A DNA stretch of 49,082 nt, from contig JAUIKA010000001.1 of the NCBI GenBank assembly GCA_030430995.1, forward strand, positions 1-49,082. The letters run 5' to 3'. This document shows, piece by piece, positions 36,123-44,760 of the stretch. Under the pieces are notes generated by a model. That model had not been told where the DNA came from. It made no database searches and saw nothing but the letters and a program-made list of their open reading frames with translations. Every line of letters starts with the position of its first letter. Position 1 is the stretch's first letter. Origin of the DNA: Alphaproteobacteria bacterium. GTDB taxonomy: Bacteria; Pseudomonadota; Alphaproteobacteria; Rickettsiales; Rickettsiaceae. Position numbers and translations under genes: made by a program.

Positions 36123-39100
36123 TGTCCATGAGATATCTCTTGAGCTTGTTCGTGGTGATGCTGCAGCCCTTTTTCTAAAAGGTGGTGATCATGATGCTGA
36201 GCTAGTTGTGTATATTTACCTATAATGTCTCGTGGATCATGATCATGCAACATATTGTGCCCTACATTCATATGCTCATGATGTTGGTGATGATTATCAC
36301 GATCATGCTCCATCATTCTTCTAGCTTCTAATCTTGCTAGATGCTCTAGATGAGGATCAAATCTTTTATTTATCCCAAATCTATCACATCCATATTTCTT
36401 TAAACTTTCCTGCCTATATTTTTCTACTCTCTCTGGTTTGAATAACTCATAACTATATGCCTTTTCTGATATATCTTTTATAGCCATTTGCCTTTGCTCA
36501 TCTGTAAATATTTTAGCGCTTATTTGAACTGCGTGGACCATACCAAGCTCTTTTGCTGCAGAGGCTATAAATCCGTCTATCATTTCTGATGTTATTGGAG
36601 TCCCTTTTGTTAGATTATGATCTAGGATGTTTTCAGCGAAATAGGTTCTAACTCGCTCATCTGCGTGTATTTGAGTTGGGATCCTTTTAGTTAGGTCGTC
36701 TAGCTTTTCTTTATACTGATCCCTTGATAGGCCATATCTTAAAGATAAATATTTATCATAACTTTTCTCTGGATCTTTGACGTCTATTTCTTTAAAAAGC
36801 TTAGATAATTCTTTTTCATAACCTTGGTTGTCCCAGTCTGGAGTAGGCCCTTTATCTATAGATTTCTGAGCTATATCTAAAGCTATATTTATAGTTTCTT
36901 TCTGAGTTAAATTATCTTTTTTATCCATTAGGGCAGTCAGCAGTTCTGTATCCTCTAGTTTATTAGCTTCTTTTACAAAACAAGATACTTTATAACTCTC
37001 TCTTAATTCAGCTAATGGTATCTCTCTATTTTCTCCTAAAAGCTCATGTTTTTTATTCTCAATGGTAAAAAACTCTTTTAAAACAGTTGAAGTCTCTTGA
37101 GCTTTTTCTAGATCTAGCATAGTTTGCCTCTCAAGCTGAAGAGTTTTTTCATCTAATATCTTTAAGCCATCAACCTTCTCTAAAAACAGCTCCTGAATTT
37201 TCTCAGCCCCTTCTTCTTTTAGCATATCATTAAAGTCAGTATTTGCTTTCTCTGGCATCACTACAGATATTTTAGCTCCTGCTTTTTCTATAGCTTCTAT
37301 GGTCGTCTCTATAATCTTACTAATAGTTTTACTATCTCCATCATTATCTAAGGCCAAAATAATATGCTCATTTTCCTTTGGTTGATAGTTTTTGATATTG
37401 CTTATTCCAAGAGAGCATTTGATATTAGCATCAAGCCCTGCTTCTTTTATAGATAGGGCTGTCTCTAATCCTTCTGCTATAATAGTCTTATTTGAGCTCA
37501 AGGACTCCCCAGCGCTGACAAAAGCCCCCTTTATCTGCCCATAAGAACGTTTAGTTTCTTTCTCAGCAGTGAAAGCATTTAATATAATTCCTTGATGCCC
37601 TGTTATATTATTATTACCGTCTCTGGCAAAACAGACTAGGGCAGGGCATCTTTGCCCTATATGCACTACAGTAGTAGCTTTTATATCATCGCTTAAACCA
37701 CAAGTGATACCTCTATGATTTGCTAAATAAACGCTAGCAGCTTGAGCTACTAAGTTAGGTTTGATATCTTTGGCTTTAAGATTATTATATTTATCCCAAA
37801 CTTCTTTATGATTAGCCTTAAGATAAGCTGATTTATATATTTCTCCGGCATAAGCGGTGGCGTGAGCTTTGTTGTACACATAGCTACTTGCAGATATCAT
37901 CTTAGTCAGCAATTTTCCTCCTCCTGCTATAGAGCATCCCTGCATAATAGCACCTCTTCTATCACCTATCTCTTGCCTGATTTCAAATTTTTTCGTATCC
38001 AGCTGCTTCTGAGGTGATTTTAAAGACTCCTGAAGTTTGTTTATATTATGCAGCTCTTTTCTAAAATTATTAGGCTCTTTTGAGCTAAAATACTCTTTTC
38101 CGGCTTTCATGATTTGCTCTTGGAATAATATTGCACCTTTAGTATTTGTAAATACTCCTTTTGGATCAGGCAAGTGAGATTTAACTCCTCCTGATAATAT
38201 CTCAATCTGGTCTCTTGCTCCTGGCCGAATAGCGGCAGAGAGATTTACTAGATCTTCCATAGATCTAGGTTGCAGCTTTTGGCAATATTTACCGCTGGAG
38301 CCAAGCTGAAACACCCCAGCAACATTTCCAGATGAGATTAATTCAAAAGTCTTTTGATCATGGTGGGGTAGGGCGCTTATGCCCGCCTGCCTCATCATCA
38401 TATCAGTTTTTGCTAAATGATTAGATGAGAGCAAGTCCAATTTATGTTCAGGCTCCTTTATTAGCCCTTTATTTACTACTCCGCCAATGCCAATGCTGCA
38501 AATATGAGGTTCGCCATTTTTATCTAAAACTCTTCCTCCAGAGTATTTGTTTAATATATATTTTTCTACTAAATCTCTATGCCTACTATCTATATCAAAG
38601 TCAAAATCAGGTCTGTTATCAGGAGATAAAAATCTCTCCTGCATAAGTCCTTGTCGCTCTATATCGTTATTATGTAGCCCTAATGCTTTGGCGGCAATAG
38701 AGCTATTAGCAGAGCCCCTGAGCAGATAAGAGATATTGTTAAACTGGCAGAAATTTTTAATATCATGAGCAATTAAAAAATCTCTAGCATATCCATTTTC
38801 TTTAATGATATGCAGTTCTTTTTCTAATTTACTATATGGTATATCTTTAGTATATTGAGGCTTGAAAGCTAAACTTCGCAATGTCTGATATGGACTGCTA
38901 TTATTTAAATTGTAACCGCTGGCTCTAGAGAAATTATGTTCTTCCTTGATTTCAATACTACTGCCTCTATTATATAACTGGCGGCTTCTATTAGTTTTTG
39001 CTTTTTTATTATCTATAGCAGCCACATCAAGCTTAAGTTTATCTTTAAATGCAGAGATATCATGAGAGATATCCGCCCCACTATCTTTAGTCATCTGTTT

Positions 39101-41833
39101 TAGATAAATAGCAGATTCTTTTATCCCTATCTCTTTATGCTCAGATACAAAAGAGAGCATATCACCACCTTTGCCTGTAGAGTGATCATACCATAGACCT
39201 GACTTAGGCCCGGAAGTAGTAACTATAATTTTGCCATTTTCCCCATACCGGAGCATAGACCCATTCGATAAGATCTCATTAGGAGCTCCTAAAATTGATA
39301 AAGCTATCTTTTCAGCAGCAAAAGCAGCATCTCTTTTTATTCTAGCAAAATCTAGGTGGTTAGAGCTTTTTGTTGATTTGTCGCTAAAATGCTCAATATT
39401 ATCTTCCCATCCGCTAAGCTTAGCTACTTTAAATACCTGCCTTCTATCTAGAGTATCCTCTATAAATCTATAGTAATTCTCATCACTATTGATATTATCA
39501 TTCCAGTACATTTTCAGCTTAAACTTAAGATCACTAAACCTTCCTTTTTTTTGAGTTAAATCTTCATGAGTAAAATAAGACAAACTTGCTGCATTATTTT
39601 GTGGAGCGGATAGCTGAGCGGTAAGCGCTTCTATATCAGGAGTTTTAGAAGTATCGGCATAGATTTTTAGGCCTATTACATGGCGAGTCATCTGAACATA
39701 GCTATTATTTATAGTGGAAAACCCACTATGAAGCACAAAAACACAGCCTAAAGAAGCCCCTTGAGATTTATAAACAGTAGAAGCATAACCATGCTTTATA
39801 TGGTGGAAATAATAAGGATTAAATTCAACTTCTCTGCCATCATCTATTTTTACTCTAATAGAGACAAATCTATTAGTATCAGTAGCATCCCCATTGCTTT
39901 TGATTTCTAATATGCGGCCAAATTCACTATTATAAACTCCAATAGATCTATTTGTTTTAGTAAATACAATCCGATCCCCTTCAGCAAAAGGGAGCTTTTG
40001 ATAGCCGATTTGCCAATCATCTTTTCCTAGCTTTCCGGCTTGCTTTAGCCTATGCCGAGCCATTTCATTTAAATGATCAACATCTTTATTAGCAATAGCT
40101 AATATCTGACGCTTTTGTAGGTCAAAAGGACTATTTTCCCAGTGACCTATGAGCTTCATCTTTGAGTCATAATCAGTATTTGAAAAATGTACATCTTCTT
40201 CAAATATCTTCAAAGCTTTCATCACTTGAGATTTAGCCATAAGTTCAGCTGCATGCCTATGCTTCTCTGATTTTTGCCTATGAACTTCAGTTAGCTCAAA
40301 AGATCCAAATTTATCAGCTAAAACCTCAAACATTCCGCCACGAGAGATAGAGGATAGTTGCCTCTCATCTCCAGCTAAGATTAAAGAGCAATCAATTTTA
40401 TCTAGTAGTTTCAATAGCTCCCTATAGGTAGGAGTAGATACCATAGCAGCTTCATCTATGATAATAGTATTAATATTCTCTAGATCGGCTTTGCCGACTC
40501 TAGCCTTCCAAAGGAAGCTATCTATGGTAAAGCTATTTTCAAATCCTTTTTCCTTCAGTTCAATTGAAGCTTTATGCGTAGGAGCTAAAGCTGTTATCTC
40601 TTTAGAGGCAAGTTTAGAAAGTACGGTTGATTTGCCAGTTCCAGCCCTGCCTTTTAAAATCTTTAATGCTCCATCTTTTTTTGAGGTTAAAAACTCTAGA
40701 GCATCTCTTTGGTGATCAGACAAATTTTCTATATCTTTAAAGGCAAACTGTTTTACTTCCACAGTAGAGTTAAGAAGACCTGCTCGATATAAAACTCTTT
40801 GCTCTTCAACTCTAACCTCTTTAGTAGTAAAAAAATCAGTCTTAGTTCCATCCGCTAAATATAAAGGAATCATCCTAGAAGAAGCCATAGCCTCTTTAAC
40901 CAGAGAAAACCTCACGGAAGAGTCAATCATGTGCTTAACAGCTCTTTTAAGCTCATACTCGCTAAATACAGATTTAGTACTAGTGACTCTATCAAGCACG
41001 CTATCGCCATCTTTTAAAATCTCTAGATTAGCTTCATGAATTACCTCGTTTTTAGAGATATTTTTATTTTCAGCAGATCTCATACGCCGAGGCCCTATAT
41101 GAATGGAGCCTAAATCAGCAGTAGGATCTACACGCAAAGCTAGGCCTTTTTCAATGAAATATTCGTTTTGGATATCTCTAGATATCTGCCCAATAATTCT
41201 ATTTTCAGGAATAGCAAAAGCTTTGCCAGAAGACTTATAAAACTCAGGATTAAGATCAGTAGCTTTTTTTGCTTCCAGAGCCTCTCCATCCTCTCTAAAT
41301 CTGCGAGTCGTAACCAAAAGATGAGCATGCCAATTATGGTCTCCATCATGAGGGCTGTGGATGTCTAATTGCACAGCTAGACCCTCCCGGACATATCCCA
41401 TGTGATCAATAATTCTTTTAGTGATCTCTATTCGGTCCTCTAAGATAATCTCTCTGTCATCAGGCAGGGCAATCACGATATCTTTCAGGACCTGAGAGTC
41501 TTTTCTTTTCTCATGAGACTCTACTAAGTTCATCAAAAGCTCAGGATCTTTATAAGCCTTATTAGCATGAGAAGGCAGCAAGACTTCATGATAAGCATTA
41601 TCGCCCCGATTAGAGAAGTCAAAAGTTCGATTAGCTCTACTATCTTTTACTCGCACTCTAGCATTATAAGCGGCCTTCAAACAGCTATTACCTCCGCTGG
41701 ATCTAGATACCATTTCAATACGTGCAAACTGGATAGCCACTAATTTATCTATTTTAAGCTTGTTTATTATAAAAGAGGAGAAAACCATACCTTCTTGAAC
41801 CAGTATAACATTTCTAATGTTGCTAGGCAACAT
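36095..41833 (-). CDS. traA_Ti: Multidomain relaxase: MobA/MobL (MOBQ, TraA_Ti-like) + RecD-like helicase + Cys-less primase helper domain + DnaE-like polymerase core + Toprim + helical region + His-rich tail
   Basis: Relaxase: VAIQFARIEMVSRSSGG..LKAAYNAR.. and HSPHDGDHNWHAHLLVTTR (about 41100-41740). Helicase: GRAGTGKST, IIIDEAAMV, YASTVYKSQGASL (about 39700-40750). Helper domain: about 39100-39305. DnaE-like: 37796-38827. Toprim: YLANHRGI...IIAEGLETALS...LALDNDGD (about 37230-37745). The start codon is uncertain (an internal Met/GTG nearer to MAIqf.. is possible). Confidence 0.85.
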   Translation of the reverse strand: MLPSNIRNVILVQEGMVFSSFIINKLKIDKLVAIQFARIEMVSRSSGGNSCLKAAYNARVRVKDSRANRTFDFSNRGDNAYHEVLLPSHANKAYKDPELLMNLVESHEKRKDSQVLKDIVIALPDDREIILEDRIEITKRIIDHMGYVREGLAVQLDIHSPHDGDHNWHAHLLVTTRRFREDGEALEAKKATDLNPEFYKSSGKAFAIPENRIIGQISRDIQNEYFIEKGLALRVDPTADLGSIHIGPRRMRSAENKNISKNEVIHEANLEILKDGDSVLDRVTSTKSVFSEYELKRAVKHMIDSSVRFSLVKEAMASSRMIPLYLADGTKTDFFTTKEVRVEEQRVLYRAGLLNSTVEVKQFAFKDIENLSDHQRDALEFLTSKKDGALKILKGRAGTGKSTVLSKLASKEITALAPTHKASIELKEKGFENSFTIDSFLWKARVGKADLENINTIIIDEAAMVSTPTYRELLKLLDKIDCSLILAGDERQLSSISRGGMFEVLADKFGSFELTEVHRQKSEKHRHAAELMAKSQVMKALKIFEEDVHFSNTDYDSKMKLIGHWENSPFDLQKRQILAIANKDVDHLNEMARHRLKQAGKLGKDDWQIGYQKLPFAEGDRIVFTKTNRSIGVYNSEFGRILEIKSNGDATDTNRFVSIRVKIDDGREVEFNPYYFHHIKHGYASTVYKSQGASLGCVFVLHSGFSTINNSYVQMTRHVIGLKIYADTSKTPDIEALTAQLSAPQNNAASLSYFTHEDLTQKKGRFSDLKFKLKMYWNDNINSDENYYRFIEDTLDRRQVFKVAKLSGWEDNIEHFSDKSTKSSNHLDFARIKRDAAFAAEKIALSILGAPNEILSNGSMLRYGENGKIIVTTSGPKSGLWYDHSTGKGGDMLSFVSEHKEIGIKESAIYLKQMTKDSGADISHDISAFKDKLKLDVAAIDNKKAKTNRSRQLYNRGSSIEIKEEHNFSRASGYNLNNSSPYQTLRSLAFKPQYTKDIPYSKLEKELHIIKENGYARDFLIAHDIKNFCQFNNISYLLRGSANSSIAAKALGLHNNDIERQGLMQERFLSPDNRPDFDFDIDSRHRDLVEKYILNKYSGGRVLDKNGEPHICSIGIGGVVNKGLIKEPEHKLDLLSSNHLAKTDMMMRQAGISALPHHDQKTFELISSGNVAGVFQLGSSGKYCQKLQPRSMEDLVNLSAAIRPGARDQIEILSGGVKSHLPDPKGVFTNTKGAILFQEQIMKAGKEYFSSKEPNNFRKELHNINKLQESLKSPQKQLDTKKFEIRQEIGDRRGAIMQGCSIAGGGKLLTKMISASSYVYNKAHATAYAGEIYKSAYLKANHKEVWDKYNNLKAKDIKPNLVAQAASVYLANHRGITCGLSDDIKATTVVHIGQRCPALVCFARDGNNNITGHQGIILNAFTAEKETKRSYGQIKGAFVSAGESLSSNKTIIAEGLETALSIKEAGLDANIKCSLGISNIKNYQPKENEHIILALDNDGDSKTISKIIETTIEAIEKAGAKISVVMPEKANTDFNDMLKEEGAEKIQELFLEKVDGLKILDEKTLQLERQTMLDLEKAQETSTVLKEFFTIENKKHELLGENREIPLAELRESYKVSCFVKEANKLEDTELLTALMDKKDNLTQKETINIALDIAQKSIDKGPTPDWDNQGYEKELSKLFKEIDVKDPEKSYDKYLSLRYGLSRDQYKEKLDDLTKRIPTQIHADERVRTYFAENILDHNLTKGTPITSEMIDGFIASAAKELGMVHAVQISAKIFTDEQRQMAIKDISEKAYSYELFKPERVEKYRQESLKKYGCDRFGINKRFDPHLEHLARLEARRMMEHDRDNHHQHHEHMNVGHNMLHDHDPRDIIGKYTQLAQHHDHHLLEKGLQHHHEQAQEISHGHHFGLGKGV

Positions 41834-41952
41834 ATATTGCGTCTAAAAAAATTAAGCTAAGTTTTAGCTGGATATTAGTAACATTATTACCTTCTCAAAA
41901 TACCTGTTATAAAGTCAATTTATCATTACAATAAAACTAGCTTTTCTTGTGC

Positions 41953-41991
41953 TATTATGATATTCTTTAGGGGTAAAAGAATATCATAATA
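41953..41991. promoter_or_regulatory. Perfect 16-bp inverted repeat with 7-nt loop; candidate oriT hairpin and/or operator
   Basis: TATTATGATATTCTTT (41953-41968), AGGGGTA, AAAGAATATCATAATA (41976-41991). It lies in the divergent region between the relaxase gene and the TraD_Ti-containing operon, 17 nt before the ATG at 42009. Confidence 0.45.
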
Positions 41992-42008
41992 TAAGGGCAT
42001 AGCAGGGC

Positions 42009-43265
42009 ATGAATCTAATAGAAAAATCTAAAGCAAATGCAGATAGCATAAATAGAGATATATATTCACCCTTAGCATTAGAATCAAAAGAGCAGCAAAT
42101 GCTAAAATCTCCAGATAATTTCTCTGCTGAAGATAAACAGCCCCTAATAGATAAATTAAAATCCTATAAGGATAAATATTGGATAGAGTGTTCTTGCAAA
42201 GGAGTGCTCATAATATGTCAGCAAAAAGATAATCTATATATCAGATGTAAGGCTAAAGATGAGCATAAAAAAGATTGCTGGTTTTACAAAAGAGCTTCTG
42301 TAAATCTAAATGGCAATGCAAAAGAAGGGACTAGAGCACAAGTAAAATATTTTACTCCGAGTGTTGCTGCAGGTAGCATTTTATCTAGCAGTAAGTCTAC
42401 TGGAGCATTAAAGAGCAAAAGAATCTCTAAATTGGGCCAGCTGCTATTGTCTATTTTAGATAAATCAGGGGTCAATAAAATAAAAGATAAACAGCTGCCA
42501 ATTATCGATCAACTTAGATCTATTACAGGCAGTTTTAATAAGCTTTGGCCCAGCAAGGAGCTTAGAAAAAAAGATATCACTTTATCTAAATTTTATCGAT
42601 ATAGCCTCACTAAAGAATTATTAAAAGAATCATATAGATCTCTAATATATCAAAAGCATTTTTTACCAAAATCAGTAGAGCCTTTTTTGATTTTCTCATT
42701 AGTAGCAACTAAAATTACAGATAATAGCTTTACTGCAAAAAAAAATGGTGAAGAATATTTTGTAGCCAGCCGGCCAGAGACTATCTCAGGCTTTATCGAT
42801 AGAGAAAAGTCAGCTCCTTATTTTACCCTAGCGCTAGCTCAATTAAAAGAAGATTATAAATTTTATATCCATAGCGAGAAGCTAGAGTTTAAAGAAGTTT
42901 TTGCAATCCCTATTTACTCCAGCTCTATTTTAATGCCAGTAGAGAGCGCTTATGAAAGGCAAGCACTCAGAATATTACTTGACCAGCATAGAGCAAATCA
43001 ATATTTTATAGACAAGCCTTTATTCCCGGTAGCATATAAATCTTCTACAGAAGAAGAGATAATGCATAGGCCAGATTTTATACTTACAAGAGGGGATAAA
43101 ACTATCTTTATAGAAGTATTAGGCAGCAAAAATCCAGATTACCAAGCTCATAAAGAAAGCATAGCAGCGAGAGTCTCAGGGTATATCTGTGTAGAGGGAT
43201 ATAATTTAGACAGCCCAGAGACAAGGCATAATTTTATAAATAACATAAAAAAATACTTATCATGA
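42009..43265 (+). CDS. Hypothetical protein: N-terminal Cys/His cluster plus C-terminal PD-(D/E)xK-like motif (DUF1173-like?)
   Basis: 418 aa. ..YWIECSCKGVLIICQQKDNLYIRCKAKDEHKKDCWFYK.. and C-terminal ..HRPDFILTRGDKTIFIEVLGSK.. are present. The family assignment is from memory only. Confidence 0.4.
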   Translation: MNLIEKSKANADSINRDIYSPLALESKEQQMLKSPDNFSAEDKQPLIDKLKSYKDKYWIECSCKGVLIICQQKDNLYIRCKAKDEHKKDCWFYKRASVNLNGNAKEGTRAQVKYFTPSVAAGSILSSSKSTGALKSKRISKLGQLLLSILDKSGVNKIKDKQLPIIDQLRSITGSFNKLWPSKELRKKDITLSKFYRYSLTKELLKESYRSLIYQKHFLPKSVEPFLIFSLVATKITDNSFTAKKNGEEYFVASRPETISGFIDREKSAPYFTLALAQLKEDYKFYIHSEKLEFKEVFAIPIYSSSILMPVESAYERQALRILLDQHRANQYFIDKPLFPVAYKSSTEEEIMHRPDFILTRGDKTIFIEVLGSKNPDYQAHKESIAARVSGYICVEGYNLDSPETRHNFINNIKKYLS

Positions 43266-43723
43266 CAGTTTTAGAGAAAGAGAAGCAGCAGATTAAGCGC
43301 CAATCAGCAGAGCTTAGAAGGCGCCAAGTGCAGCTGAAGCTAAAAGAGCAGAAGCTCAGAGACCGCCATCTATATGAGATGGGCAGGTCAGCCAAAAAAG
43401 CTGGCATTGACGCCCTTGAAGATGAAGAATTTTTAGGGGCGATGCTATATTTAAGAGAACTGATTGATAAAGACAGCTCCCTACTAAAACTTTTCAGAGA
43501 AAAAGCACAGAAGCATATAGAGCAAGAGAATAAAGGAAAAACAGCTATAGTGCTCACCATAGGCTACAAAGATGCACAGTCTAATAAAGCAATCCTGAGA
43601 AAACATAGCCTCAAATGGAATCAACTCAGGAAAGAATGGTATGGTTATGTAGAGGATCTAGAAGGGCTGAAAGTTGATCTAAAGAGCGCAGAGCATAGTA
43701 TAGAAATCATAAAAGAGGATTAA
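43262..43723 (+). CDS. traD_Ti: TraD_Ti-like conjugal transfer protein with extra C-terminal domain
   Basis: 153 aa. ..LRDRHLYEMGRSAKKAGIDALEDEEFLGAMLYL.. resembles Ti-plasmid TraD (..lGglv.kAGl....llGall). The C-terminal ..VLTIGYKDAQSNKAILRKHSLKWNQLRKEWYGYV resembles the 'VPf.eKdeaK.lGA.Wd...K.WY' module seen on some plasmid primases and anti-restriction proteins. There is an ATGA overlap with the upstream gene. Confidence 0.55.
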   Translation: MTVLEKEKQQIKRQSAELRRRQVQLKLKEQKLRDRHLYEMGRSAKKAGIDALEDEEFLGAMLYLRELIDKDSSLLKLFREKAQKHIEQENKGKTAIVLTIGYKDAQSNKAILRKHSLKWNQLRKEWYGYVEDLEGLKVDLKSAEHSIEIIKED

Positions 43724-44760
43724 TGACAATAGAGCCTGAATATAAATCTTTCTTAGAGGAGATTAAGCAAAGAGTAGCAAGTAGTCGCTATAGAGCAGCT
43801 TTATCTGTAAATAAAGAGCTAATATTGTCCTATCACCATATAGGCAGACAGATCCTTCTTGCTCAACATAAGCATAGTTGGGGAAGTAAAGTGATAGATA
43901 ATCTCAGCAAAGACCTGAAATCTGCTTTTCCTGATATGAAAGGGTTTAGCCATCAGAATCTTAAATATATGAGAAAATTTGCAAGCGAATATACGAATGA
44001 AGAAATTAGTCAACAGCTTGTTGACCAATTACCTTGGGGTCATATAACAGTATTACTTTACCGCCTTGATAGTAAAGAAGAGAGAGGTTTTTACATCTGT
44101 CAGATAATCAACAATACTTGGTCCAGAAAAAAACTCCAGGACCAGATAGGAAAATCTTTACATTTAAGGCAAGCCAAAGCGGTGACGAATTTTGATTTAA
44201 AATTACCATCTCCTCAATCTGACTTAGCTAAAAATACTCTAAAGGATCCATATTCATTTGATTTTTTAGGTTTAGGAAAAGATGCTAATGAGAGAGAAAT
44301 AGAAAAAGCATTAGTAGATCATGTAGAAAAGTTTTTGCTAGAGCTTGGAGAAGGTTTTGCATTTATGGGGAGGCAATATCATTTAAAAATATCAGATAAT
44401 AATTATTTTTTGGATTTGCTATTCTATCACGTCAAGCTTAGATGTTATGTTGTAGTAGAATTAAAAAACACAGCATTTAAACCAGAATATGCAGGCAAGC
44501 TCAATTTTTATCTATCTGCAGTAGATGACCTGCTACGCCATCCAGATGATAAGCCATCTATAGGTCTTATTCTATGTAGATCCAAAGATAATGTTTTAGC
44601 TGAATATGCACTTAGAGACATGACAAAGCCAATAGGGCTTGCAGATTATAGTTTAACTAAGATATTGCCAGAGAATCTAAAAACAGCTCTTCCTACAATA
44701 GAGGAAATTGAGGAGGAGATGGATGAAATAGCAAAAAAAGAGGGCAAAGATGATAGATAG
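43723..44760 (+). CDS. YhcG/DUF1016-family PD-(D/E)xK nuclease-fold protein
   Basis: 345 aa. YKSFLEEIKQRVASSRYRAALSVNKELILSYHHIGRQIL...WGSKVIDNLSKDLKSAFPDMKGFSHQNLKYMRKFA.. and ..YFLDLLFYHVKLRCYVVVELK.. are present. Confidence 0.8.
   Translation: MTIEPEYKSFLEEIKQRVASSRYRAALSVNKELILSYHHIGRQILLAQHKHSWGSKVIDNLSKDLKSAFPDMKGFSHQNLKYMRKFASEYTNEEISQQLVDQLPWGHITVLLYRLDSKEERGFYICQIINNTWSRKKLQDQIGKSLHLRQAKAVTNFDLKLPSPQSDLAKNTLKDPYSFDFLGLGKDANEREIEKALVDHVEKFLLELGEGFAFMGRQYHLKISDNNYFLDLLFYHVKLRCYVVVELKNTAFKPEYAGKLNFYLSAVDDLLRHPDDKPSIGLILCRSKDNVLAEYALRDMTKPIGLADYSLTKILPENLKTALPTIEEIEEEMDEIAKKEGKDDR

Noticed and set aside
37796-38827. DnaE-like region as a separate dnaE gene or pseudogene overlapping the relaxase ORF
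   Set aside because: The segment is in the same frame as the flanking primase helper and Toprim modules, has no stop codons, and has no independent start or SD. It is part of the 1912-aa ORF.
38425-41368. Small ORFs on either strand inside the relaxase gene (38425-38729, 39231-39473, 40458-40715, 41140-41368)
   Set aside because: They lie within, or antisense to, the continuous 1912-aa ORF, whose domains are recognisable along its whole length.
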